Below the pieces are notes generated by a model that did not search any database, had not been told where the DNA came from, and was given only the letters and a program-made list of their open reading frames with translations. A program made the position numbers and the translations under genes. Source: a virus. Taken from it: a stretch of 64,000 bases of DNA. The DNA is taken from positions 2,628 through 66,627 of the IMG/VR virus record IMGVR_UViG_3300030103_005932. One strand, written 5' to 3'. This document shows positions 9,676-17,845 of the stretch, piece after piece; the first letter of the stretch is position 1, and each line of letters begins with the position of its first letter.

Positions 9676-10340
9676 TATACATCCTCCCCTATGTTAATCT
9701 TTTGACCTTTGGAATACTTGTAGACATCTTCGTTAAGTCTTTCTTCTTCCTGTTCAGCCTCATACTCCGCCATTGATTCCGTGATATTGAATATGTCATC
9801 CAATGTAGAACCTATGCCGTCCTGCCAAAAGTCATCTGTTGATTTGTAATCGCTTGGAGCATAACAATCATCTGAACCGTTATCCCACTCGCCCATGAAG
9901 TCACAGCCACCTTCGTAGTAGTATGCCTTCAGAGAACAATCATCATTGTCTCTTAAGAATTGTTCATAAGCACCAGTTGGTGGTGACCAGGCCGAACTGA
10001 ATCCAAATGATATTGTTGAATGACCTATCAAGGCGTCTGCCTGTTTATCAACACCATAGAATTCACAAACCTCCCACTTGGTCTGCCAATTGTTCACTCT
10101 CCAATCGTACCAATTTTCTGCTCCGAACTCTAACTTCCTAGCCTTTCTCTCATCCTTCTCTGCCTTTGTCTTTGCTATTGGACCTGCTTCAGTTTCCAAT
10201 AATGCCTTAGGCATCGGATGGAAGAATTGTAATAATCCATTTTCTGCATTATTACTTTCTTCATTTACAATCTTCTCTATCTTGTCTATCACGGAATTAG
10301 GTCCCGTGATAGTGACTTGATTATCGCACCAATTAGGCAT
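9675..10340 (-). CDS. DUF1281/YubB (Api92-like) ferredoxin-fold protein
   Basis: MPNWCDN, WYDWRVNNW, FSSAWSPP, YYEGGCDFMG motifs. Confidence 0.85.
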   Translation of the reverse strand: MPNWCDNQVTITGPNSVIDKIEKIVNEESNNAENGLLQFFHPMPKALLETEAGPIAKTKAEKDERKARKLEFGAENWYDWRVNNWQTKWEVCEFYGVDKQADALIGHSTISFGFSSAWSPPTGAYEQFLRDNDDCSLKAYYYEGGCDFMGEWDNGSDDCYAPSDYKSTDDFWQDGIGSTLDDIFNITESMAEYEAEQEEERLNEDVYKYSKGQKINIGEDV

Positions 10341-10650
10341 CAACCGCCTCCTTGGTATTAATTAAAGTAAGATGAGATCCTGGAACATTCCATCTCTGAC
10401 CTGCATCAGTCTTGACTAAAATGTATTTGATCTTCACTCTCTCAACCGTACCCTTTAGGATCGCACCATGTCTGCCTTGGAACGACACTCTGTCCATAAA
10501 TTTGAATTTATGAGCATCAGCGGTATGTAATTGATTTCTTCTTAACTTCACGGCATCTATCACAGCCGTTAAGTCTGCACCATTCATCTCATAGATGTCT
10601 GATATAACTTTCTGCGTCTTCTTGTTCATATGTTCAACTCCTTTGTTCAT
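10333..10650 (-). CDS. hypothetical early protein, SH3-like C-terminus
   Basis: DRVSF...GTVERVKIKYILV...WNVP; SD-led start at 10629. Confidence 0.75.
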   Translation of the reverse strand: MNKGVEHMNKKTQKVISDIYEMNGADLTAVIDAVKLRRNQLHTADAHKFKFMDRVSFQGRHGAILKGTVERVKIKYILVKTDAGQRWNVPGSHLTLINTKEAVDA

Positions 10651-10655
10651 AATTC

Positions 10656-10716
10656 AGTATAACATGGATGGTAATACCGTCAACCTACCTAAAAAAGTCG
10701 CTAAAAATGGAAATTT
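10656..10716 (-). promoter_or_regulatory. early sigma70-type promoter (leftward)
   Basis: AGG-TTGACG-16nt-TATACT, nearly identical to the promoter at 1900-1927. Confidence 0.82.
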
Positions 10717-10727
10717 TTTGCCCCCAA

Positions 10728-10773
10728 CACAAGATATAGTAGTTGATCTTGTTCCATGGCACTATACAATGTC
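10728..10773. promoter_or_regulatory. NrdR-box-like pair between divergent promoters
   Basis: CACAAGATATAGTA (10728) and degenerate CACTATACAATGTC (10760), 32 bp apart. Confidence 0.55.
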
Positions 10774-10800
10774 GGCATTATATTATATATTAATCATGGT

Positions 10801-10830
10801 GGTTGACGCTATCCTACTCCGTGTTATTAT
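10801..10830 (+). promoter_or_regulatory. early sigma70-type promoter (rightward)
   Basis: GG-TTGACG-16nt-TATTAT with extended TG. Confidence 0.8.
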
Positions 10831-10835
10831 GAAGT

Positions 10836-11144
10836 ATGAAACAAGGAGTTGAAATGTATAAAGAAAGAGTTAGAAAGAGAAAAGATGTGAATCCTTTCGC
10901 AATCAAGAAAGGCTTTTATATAACTGAAATGAACATGGGCATGGTACCAGGAGATGGATACGAACTGATATCTACTTCAGATATAGCAGGACCGTTTAAG
11001 ACTTTGGATAGAGCGAGAGCGGTATTCAAAAAGATAGTATGTGGAAACAAATGGAGAAATCATTGGGATTTTGGAATCTGTGGTCCAGAGCATAGACCAA
11101 ATGGATATCCCACTTCATGGTATCCTTTACAGGAGAGAATATGA
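10836..11144 (+). CDS. hypothetical early protein
   Basis: AAGGAGTTGAA RBS before ATG 10854; in-frame upstream ATG at 10836. Confidence 0.75.
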   Translation: MKQGVEMYKERVRKRKDVNPFAIKKGFYITEMNMGMVPGDGYELISTSDIAGPFKTLDRARAVFKKIVCGNKWRNHWDFGICGPEHRPNGYPTSWYPLQERI

Positions 11145-11401
11145 AAACAGAAAGTGAACAAATTAAAAAGATACTAGAATCAAATGGTATCACAGACATA
11201 GACGAGATAGAATATGGTTCTCAATGTTATGATGAACTGATGGATTATTATGCTGACGAGATGCCATATGGTGTACAGAAGGCCAGAACAGGTATGCCGG
11301 ATGAGTGGATAATAGATAGACTGATTGATCTTGGTATTGACAAAGAACTTGAACAGGCAAAAGACATGGCCCAACACTATAGATGGAAAGGCATGATATG
11401 A
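11141..11401 (+). CDS. hypothetical protein (EMPYGVQKARTG motif)
   Basis: AGGAG RBS, ATGA overlap. Confidence 0.75.
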   Translation: MKTESEQIKKILESNGITDIDEIEYGSQCYDELMDYYADEMPYGVQKARTGMPDEWIIDRLIDLGIDKELEQAKDMAQHYRWKGMI

Positions 11402-11655
11402 TAGGTGGATTGAAAACAAAATCAATAGAAGATATTTTTGAAGAAATGACTGAAACTTATGTTCAAGGAGAATACTTGGAGGGAATGACACAATGGGGAG
11501 ATGACGCCCTAATGTCTCCTGGCACTTTCGGTAAGAGATTCCACGATGTATGTCTTGGTTATGGATATAGAGAAGCAGAAATTATTCCTGCCAAAGAAGA
11601 GTTGGAGGAATGGTGCCGAGAGCATCTCTTACATTTGGAGAGTAAATTTAGATGA
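11398..11655 (+). CDS. hypothetical protein
   Basis: ATGA overlap with upstream gene. Confidence 0.65.
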   Translation: MIGGLKTKSIEDIFEEMTETYVQGEYLEGMTQWGDDALMSPGTFGKRFHDVCLGYGYREAEIIPAKEELEEWCREHLLHLESKFR

Positions 11656-11777
11656 AAAATAAAAAATATAAACTAACCAGAGAGGATTGGATTGAACTAT
11701 TGGAATTTTGGCCATTGTCTATTGTGACGCCGGCCGCGATACTTTTAATATTATTTGGTCCATATATAATGAGATGA
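11652..11777 (+). CDS. small membrane protein (41 aa; not in ORF track)
   Basis: MKNKKYKLTREDWIELLEFWPLSIVTPAAILLILFGPYIMR; ATGA overlaps on both sides. Confidence 0.55.
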   Translation: MKNKKYKLTREDWIELLEFWPLSIVTPAAILLILFGPYIMR

Positions 11778-11983
11778 TAATAGAAACTATATTTGGTATA
11801 TTCCTAACGGTAGTCGGAGGCGGAGATAAGTCGGTTGATCCTGCATCAGTGATTATAAAAGGAGTACAAGGAGCCAACAAGATATTAGAACAAAAAGAGA
11901 AGAAAGAACTTAAGGCTTCAATGCACGAAGAATTCTTTCAAATGACAAAAGATACAATTTATAAAATAGGAGATCTAAAATGA
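11774..11983 (+). CDS. hypothetical protein
   Basis: ATGA-coupled ORF with hydrophobic N-terminus. Confidence 0.6.
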   Translation: MIIETIFGIFLTVVGGGDKSVDPASVIIKGVQGANKILEQKEKKELKASMHEEFFQMTKDTIYKIGDLK

Positions 11984-12210
11984 ACGAAACTCATAAACAT
12001 CATTTTCAGGTTGCCGATGTAGGTGCTTGGGATCTAGACGAGGACAGAAGCATTGTCCCTAGCATTCACAATTCTTTGAAGTATGCCGGTATCACGGCTG
12101 TGGTAGATGGCGACGAAATGAATTCGGCAGGTTTCACGGTCTGGACATATTCACCTAGAGATGTGGTGAGACAGGCTTTGGAAGATGATGGAATCCAACT
12201 AGACGACTAA
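11980..12210 (+). CDS. hypothetical protein
   Basis: AGGAG RBS, ATGA overlap. Confidence 0.7.
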   Translation: MNETHKHHFQVADVGAWDLDEDRSIVPSIHNSLKYAGITAVVDGDEMNSAGFTVWTYSPRDVVRQALEDDGIQLDD

Positions 12211-12230
12211 CCTAAATTACCAAAACAACC

Positions 12231-12749
12231 TTATCTTGGTTTGACAACCTTGGATTTGATAGGCGACTTGCCTCTCATTTTAGGACTGAATGATTTTCCT
12301 TTTTGACCTTTTCTCTTGATCTGAGCACCCTTCAACCTTAACGAACCTGCTCCTGACCTTTTGGTCTGTGCCAGTTTCTTACCCGCCACTCTGGCCTTCT
12401 GCTGTCTCTTCTTCCTGATCTTTGCTGATCTAACTGGATCTGTTTTTTGGAAACAGGTACTTGGCTTGGCCACGATACGACCTTTCCTTGGGCCAGACGA
12501 ACACCTAAATCCTTGCTTTGGCTTGCCGCCTTTTTGACGCCTTAAGATTTGGCTCACGCCTTCTGTGATGGCAGAATGGTCTTCATGCTCTTCCAAGTTG
12601 TCAACCTCTAGTGCCAAATCATTTTGTGGTACTATATCTTGTGGCACTATATCTTGTGCCGACCCGTTTTTGATGACACTAGATGTAGTATCGCAAGATA
12701 TTGTATCTTTTGATTCTTTTGGCGCGATGATCAGTTCCGATATCTTCAT
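12231..12749 (-). CDS. late protein with very basic C-terminus (possible internal head/DNA-binding protein)
   Basis: TAAATA 5 nt upstream of ATG; MKISEL N-terminus; GFRCSSGPRKGRIVAKPSTC core; K/R-rich tail. Confidence 0.7.
   Translation of the reverse strand: MKISELIIAPKESKDTISCDTTSSVIKNGSAQDIVPQDIVPQNDLALEVDNLEEHEDHSAITEGVSQILRRQKGGKPKQGFRCSSGPRKGRIVAKPSTCFQKTDPVRSAKIRKKRQQKARVAGKKLAQTKRSGAGSLRLKGAQIKRKGQKGKSFSPKMRGKSPIKSKVVKPR
12600..12705. repeat. array of NrdR-box-like palindromes with 15/32-bp spacing inside a CDS
   Basis: TACTATATCTTGTG 12630, CACTATATCTTGTG 12645, CACTAGATGTAGTA 12677, CGCAAGATATTGTA 12692; weaker copies at 12600 and 12615. Confidence 0.7.
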
Positions 12750-12763
12750 GCTGATATTTATTG

Positions 12764-12838
12764 CACCTTACACCTAACACCTAAACCTTATAGAACTAAA
12801 CTGAACTAAACCTTATAGAACTAATGCTTAAACTTAAA
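12764..12838. repeat. intergenic strand-biased short direct repeats
   Basis: CACCTWA x3 followed by CTAAACCTTATAGAACTAA x2 (12781, 12806). Confidence 0.8.
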
Positions 12839-12898
12839 GGGTGCGTTGTTCTGCACGAGATCAACCCTAGGTGGATAGATGTGTTAAATACAAGCACA

Positions 12899-13135
12899 AT
12901 GAAGATATACGAGATATACAACACAGATGAAAACATAGGACCTGCCCCAAGAGGCGCATGTTCAAAACCAATGAGTAGCCTACCTGCCAGTTGGGTAAGC
13001 AGTTGCAAGTCGCAAGGCAAGATGAAAAGAACAGGCAACAGGAACGAGAAAGTTGGCGGTAAGACGATGAAAGTTAGTGGTAAACGTATCAAGGGCAAAA
13101 AATATGGTGGCCCTCTTCCAGATTATTCAGCATAA
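12899..13135 (+). CDS. small basic late protein
   Basis: TAAATA 8 nt upstream; MKIYEI N-terminus; K-rich. Confidence 0.65.
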   Translation: MKIYEIYNTDENIGPAPRGACSKPMSSLPASWVSSCKSQGKMKRTGNRNEKVGGKTMKVSGKRIKGKKYGGPLPDYSA

Positions 13136-13155
13136 AACCAAATCACATCAGACCT

Positions 13156-13177
13156 AATAGCGAGCCAATAGCGAGCC
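13156..13177. repeat. tandem 11-bp repeat
   Basis: AATAGCGAGCC x2 just upstream of a TAAATA promoter. Confidence 0.7.
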
Positions 13178-13193
13178 GAGTAAATATCCACAC

Positions 13194-14390
13194 ATGACAG
13201 AAGTAGATGGATCAAAAATACCGGCAACCGCAGATACATTCAACAACGATAAGATAGGTTGGATAGGATTAGGCAAACTCGGAATGCCATGTGCAGAAGT
13301 TATCGCTGAAAAAGGATTTCCAATCACAGGATATGATATCGAACCGAAACATAGCGATATGATCGACATCAAACAATCAATAGCAGAATGCGTCAAGGAT
13401 AGGTTGCATGTTTTTATAGCAGTACCAACTCCTCACGAAGAAGGATACGATGGCAGGGAACCAACCAGCCACAAAGAACCTAGAGATTTTGATTACACCA
13501 TACTGAAAGAAGTAGTCAAAGAATGCAACAAGCACATGGACAAATCACAAAACCTTGTGATAGTTTCTACGTTGCTACCAGGAACCATGAGGAGAGAAAT
13601 AGAACCATTGGTGCCTAACACACATCTGATGTACAATCCTTATCTGATAGCCATGGGCACCGTCAAATGGGATATGAAAAATCCTGAGATGATCATGATA
13701 GGAAGTAGGCTGAACAGGAGATTGCAACCGAGCAAGACCAGTATGCTGGCGGACTTTTATCACAAGATATGCGATAGAACACCCAGGATAGAATTTGGAA
13801 CATGGGAAGAATGTGAGAGCATGAAGATATTCTACAACACTTTCATCAGCACAAAACTTGTTTTGGTCAACATGATACAGGACGTGGCCGAACGCATAGG
13901 TTACATGGATGTGGACAGAGTCACACAGTCTTTGGGTAGTTGTGACAAAAGGATTATGAGTGAACACTACATGAAGGCCGGCATGGGCGACGGAGGAGCG
14001 TGTCATCCGAGAGACAATATTGCCCTTAGATGGTTGGCCAGGGAATATGGACTAGGATACGATCTGTTTGAAAGTGTGATGAGTGCCCGAGAAAAACAAG
14101 CAGAAAACATGGCAGAAGCAATACTGAAACATGGCAATAACATATGGTTCAGTTCAGATAGTTATAAATCCGGCACAGGAATGGTAGACGGATCGTATAG
14201 CCTATTGGTGCAAAACTACGTGATAAAACATGGCGGAAAAATAGTAAATGGCTTCGACAACCCTGTTGAAGTAATTGTTAGGGTACATGAAACGGATAAT
14301 TTCTCGGCAGATAACAAAACTATCATATTTGATCCATGGAGATCGTATCCCAAAGCAGAAAATGTCGTATATTATGGTAAATATAAGTAG
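13194..14390 (+). CDS. ugd: UDP-glucose/GDP-mannose 6-dehydrogenase
   Basis: GLGKLG Rossmann motif, FIAVPTP, YNPYL, KIFYN, GMGDGGACHPRD catalytic Cys. Confidence 0.92.
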   Translation: MTEVDGSKIPATADTFNNDKIGWIGLGKLGMPCAEVIAEKGFPITGYDIEPKHSDMIDIKQSIAECVKDRLHVFIAVPTPHEEGYDGREPTSHKEPRDFDYTILKEVVKECNKHMDKSQNLVIVSTLLPGTMRREIEPLVPNTHLMYNPYLIAMGTVKWDMKNPEMIMIGSRLNRRLQPSKTSMLADFYHKICDRTPRIEFGTWEECESMKIFYNTFISTKLVLVNMIQDVAERIGYMDVDRVTQSLGSCDKRIMSEHYMKAGMGDGGACHPRDNIALRWLAREYGLGYDLFESVMSAREKQAENMAEAILKHGNNIWFSSDSYKSGTGMVDGSYSLLVQNYVIKHGGKIVNGFDNPVEVIVRVHETDNFSADNKTIIFDPWRSYPKAENVVYYGKYK

Positions 14391-14410
14391 TTTACAGGAG
14401 AAACAAAACT

Positions 14411-14824
14411 ATGCCCAATTCAGATAATGCTTTTGGAACTTATAATAAGATAACAATGATCTATGAAAGAGTATGGCCAGATCCTGCTCCGGCAGATACT
14501 ACACAGTTCAGCCAGGCATGGAAAGAAGGCGCAGAAGGTATTGCCGAAGCAAAGGCATGGCATTTCACAGATGAAGGATTGGCAGTCTTTGACGAGTGTT
14601 GCACAGAGTTGCAATGGGGACTTGTTGAGGATGCAGATGGATGGCCAATGAAACTGAAAGCAACCATGACTTTTGGAACAAAGGGCACACCCGGCATAGC
14701 CGCGGCAGATGACTGGGCAGAACAGTTCAAATCAAGAAAGACAGCATTAATTAATGCCAACAATTTCTTTAAGAATGGTACAACTGCAACAAATGTTACC
14801 GAGTCTTCGGAACACTTATTTTAA
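14411..14824 (+). CDS. hypothetical late protein
   Basis: TAAATA upstream, AGGAG RBS. Confidence 0.7.
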   Translation: MPNSDNAFGTYNKITMIYERVWPDPAPADTTQFSQAWKEGAEGIAEAKAWHFTDEGLAVFDECCTELQWGLVEDADGWPMKLKATMTFGTKGTPGIAAADDWAEQFKSRKTALINANNFFKNGTTATNVTESSEHLF

Positions 14825-15711
14825 TCTCGCCATTTAGTACCACAGGTCATAGCACAGACAGGATTACATTTTTTCGTTTTCCATGTGGCAATTAACTTGT
14901 GATGGTCCTCAAGAAGTACCACGGGCCTGCCAGGCATATCATATCCATGATAACAACAGGGTGACACTTCACCTTTGGCATTTATGTAAGTGTCTTTCAG
15001 CATTAGATGTTCACACTTGATGTCATAGATTTTTTCTTCAACATGAAAGTTTTGATGCGTCTCTTTGTATCTTTTGATTCCCGCAGGTACATCATATTTG
15101 CCAGGGGCAAGTGATCCGTCTCTGGGAAGTATCCAGTGTGTGATCTTGCCTTCTCTGTTCAAAGCCGGGCCATGACTACGCCCGTGATCCTCAACACTAA
15201 AATTTTCAAAACCCATGCCAAGGGCAAGTTTCCTGGTTTCTTCTTCCTGGTGAGAGTTATGTGCAAAAGGTATCCACTTCCAGGTAGCATGTCCTCCTGC
15301 CGCAATAAACCATTTGGCTCTCTCCATCACTTTGTTCCATTGCACATCTTGTCGATATAAGTGGTTTGTATCTTCCAGTCCGTCTATGCTGAATCTACAT
15401 TCAACTCCTAGTTCTGCAAGACCCTCCCAGGTTTCTTTTGTCCCTATACTACCGTTCGATGTGACTGATGTTCTGCAATTTGTAAGTTCGGCTAACTGAA
15501 CAATGTTTGGATTCATCATGGGATCGCCTAGATGTCCATTGAAGTAAACATAATTTCTTTCGGGAAATCTTGCCAATGCCTCTTTGAATTTTTCTACAGA
15601 TAGATTTACTTCCGGATATACTCCTTCGACTTTGTAGCCATAAAGGCTTCTGGGACAGAGCGGACATCTAGCATTACAATAAGTGCTGGCCTCTACGTGT
15701 AATCTCTTCAT
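14821..15711 (-). CDS. radical SAM/SPASM-twitch protein
   Basis: CNARCPLC, GHLGDP, SNGS, FSIDGLEDTNHLYR, C-terminal PCC...C..C. Confidence 0.92.
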   Translation of the reverse strand: MKRLHVEASTYCNARCPLCPRSLYGYKVEGVYPEVNLSVEKFKEALARFPERNYVYFNGHLGDPMMNPNIVQLAELTNCRTSVTSNGSIGTKETWEGLAELGVECRFSIDGLEDTNHLYRQDVQWNKVMERAKWFIAAGGHATWKWIPFAHNSHQEEETRKLALGMGFENFSVEDHGRSHGPALNREGKITHWILPRDGSLAPGKYDVPAGIKRYKETHQNFHVEEKIYDIKCEHLMLKDTYINAKGEVSPCCYHGYDMPGRPVVLLEDHHKLIATWKTKKCNPVCAMTCGTKWRD

Positions 15712-15720
15712 ACATGATAT

Positions 15721-16266
15721 TTACTGTTGTCGTAAAATCTCCGCGGCCCGTTTATCGCAGTGATAAAATCCGTCGTAGCGATATACAAATTGCTCTATGA
15801 CTTCTCTGTGTAAAGGCAGTTTGGATAGGTCTTGCTTTTCTTGTACGTCAGTGATATGTAAGTTAGCAGTGTTACCATTACAAAAAAATACTTTGGGCAT
15901 ATCTAATTCATCTATTGTGTTGTGGCAGAACACATGATGAGGATGACCGTACTCTCCGTCATGACCGTGTGTGACTATTAAATCAAATTTTTTAACCTTG
16001 CTCTGAATAATTTGTTTTACTTTGTCTTTGTCAAACGACACTATTTGTTCCTGTGTTAAATCTGCTTCGTTATCCTCAATTCCACAGAAGTCTACACTAA
16101 CATTTTCAGCCTGCCAAAACTTTGCAATTTCATCACCTCGAGGTGTGCCTCGATCATAAGTCATATACAATATGGTCCAGTCTAACTTCTTGTATCGTTT
16201 GATTATGGGCCAACCAAATATTACACAATCGTCTGGATGGGCAACCATCATTACTGCTTTAGTCAT
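15721..16266 (-). CDS. PIG-L/LmbE-family deacetylase
   Basis: AHPDD and THGHDGEYGHPHH metal-binding motifs. Confidence 0.88.
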   Translation of the reverse strand: MTKAVMMVAHPDDCVIFGWPIIKRYKKLDWTILYMTYDRGTPRGDEIAKFWQAENVSVDFCGIEDNEADLTQEQIVSFDKDKVKQIIQSKVKKFDLIVTHGHDGEYGHPHHVFCHNTIDELDMPKVFFCNGNTANLHITDVQEKQDLSKLPLHREVIEQFVYRYDGFYHCDKRAAEILRQQ

Positions 16267-17053
16267 TTAAAAATGTTTCCCATCTGTTTAATTGTTCTTT
16301 GTTTAATTTTTTAATTGCACGTTCATGAATAGATTTGGTATGTGAGTCGCTGACTAACATCTCCTCAAACATATGCTCCTCTCCGTCCGCTATGTTGAAT
16401 GGATGCAATACTTTGGCACCATAAAGTTTGTCATAGCCTATAGTGTTTTTGACATATGCAGAATATAACAAGAATTCTGTAACAAAAGTCCTGTGTGGCG
16501 GATTAGGTTCCAGCACCTTGCTTTGAAACCATGTAGCAAAGTTATCTATACTAGCGATCATTTCCTTGAGAGTTTCCACATGGAAGAAGAAAGGTACACC
16601 GCCCGGACCAATCATTTGTGTCAGGTCTATGTTGTAATAATCTTCTAGATACCTGACCGCATCACTACTGTGTATGTTGCTGTCGGTTGTGCCAACACCA
16701 GGCTTTCCATCTCTGATTATGTCAAACTTCTTTGTGAAATATGTTTTTGCATCCAAAGTGACTGCCCATGTTTTATCGCTCATGGCCGATGCTAAAAGTT
16801 TACACAACTGTTGTGTTCTCCAACCGTCTATGTGTGGTTGCATTTGTACTTTAAGATCCTTGTGTGTTAGTATTTGAACCTTGCTTTGTAAATTGCCATA
16901 CCAATCTAGATTTATATTACAATTTTGAGAACCATTGTCCACGATGTATATGGTACCAATTTCTTGTTGGTCCACAAACTTTTGAAAACTTTTGGCCTGC
17001 CATCGCAACAGAGCAACTTCGTCATCAAAGACAACTGTGACAAAATCTAACAT
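16259..17053 (-). CDS. GT-A-like glycosyltransferase (DUF6492-like)
   Basis: IVDNG, GWRTQQLCKL, LDAK, TEFLLY motifs. Confidence 0.7.
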   Translation of the reverse strand: MLDFVTVVFDDEVALLRWQAKSFQKFVDQQEIGTIYIVDNGSQNCNINLDWYGNLQSKVQILTHKDLKVQMQPHIDGWRTQQLCKLLASAMSDKTWAVTLDAKTYFTKKFDIIRDGKPGVGTTDSNIHSSDAVRYLEDYYNIDLTQMIGPGGVPFFFHVETLKEMIASIDNFATWFQSKVLEPNPPHRTFVTEFLLYSAYVKNTIGYDKLYGAKVLHPFNIADGEEHMFEEMLVSDSHTKSIHERAIKKLNKEQLNRWETFLND

Positions 17054-17056
17054 AAC

Positions 17057-17845
17057 CTATCCTGCTATAATGCCCTTGTATAAATTTGCTATCCAAACTT
17101 GTCCTTCTGGTTCTGAATGATAGCCTGGATCTTTAGTAACATCTTTCAATGGGTGCAAATAAGTGCCTGTGCCGACTAACTCATTGTCTTGTCTAATGTT
17201 CTCCTTTGGAATAAAAGCAGGCACACTGTCTAATATATCTTGCCTATCTTTGTAAAGCATTCCTCTTTCAATGCTGAATCGTATGTCAGCACCATGCAAT
17301 TGACATATGCCATCTGACAGTATCCATTTGTCCATTTGTCTTTTCCATGATGAATCATATATGTGACTGATGTATTGTTTCACTGCTTCTACTTTTTCTT
17401 TGGACAATGCACCTTTTCTATATTCATGCTCAGGTTCATCTGCCAAACTGAATATGGTTTCAAAGATCATGTTGTTGTCTTCTTTGGTATAGTTGATGTT
17501 GTCGATTCCTTTTGCTGGGTCATATGCACTCTTACTGCCGTCTAGTAAAAAGTCTTGCAAAAAGTTTCCATATTTCTTTGCAAAAGTTTCTGGTCCATCA
17601 TAGAAGTTATCCCTCACAGGTATCTCTGTTCTGTCCCAACCTGTTGGCACAATAATGACAAAGTCTGCTTGTTGTCTGATCGCTTCTTGTATTTGTAATC
17701 TTATACCACCATTAGAGCAACCTCTTCTTGCATAGTTCAACAACTGCCACCCAAGTTCGTGTGCCAACACTTCACTATAATGTGTTCCTGGCAGTGTCTT
17801 TGAAACTGCACTAAAACTATCTCCACATATGGCTAATTTCTTCAT
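17057..17845 (-). CDS. SGNH-like protein
   Basis: CGDSFS, NYARRGCSN, PGYHS. Confidence 0.7.
   Translation of the reverse strand: MKKLAICGDSFSAVSKTLPGTHYSEVLAHELGWQLLNYARRGCSNGGIRLQIQEAIRQQADFVIIVPTGWDRTEIPVRDNFYDGPETFAKKYGNFLQDFLLDGSKSAYDPAKGIDNINYTKEDNNMIFETIFSLADEPEHEYRKGALSKEKVEAVKQYISHIYDSSWKRQMDKWILSDGICQLHGADIRFSIERGMLYKDRQDILDSVPAFIPKENIRQDNELVGTGTYLHPLKDVTKDPGYHSEPEGQVWIANLYKGIIAG

Noticed and set aside
6887-10345. C-terminal KKVA/KEVA/AVDA ends as ClpX degrons
   Set aside because: Largely explained by the overlapping AAGGAGG/AAGG Shine-Dalgarno sequence of the next coupled gene.
12600-12840. Possible CRISPR array
   Set aside because: Repeats are 7-19 bp with no regular unique spacers, and there is no cas operon. 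The Cas4-like exonuclease at 32162 is a common stand-alone phage gene.
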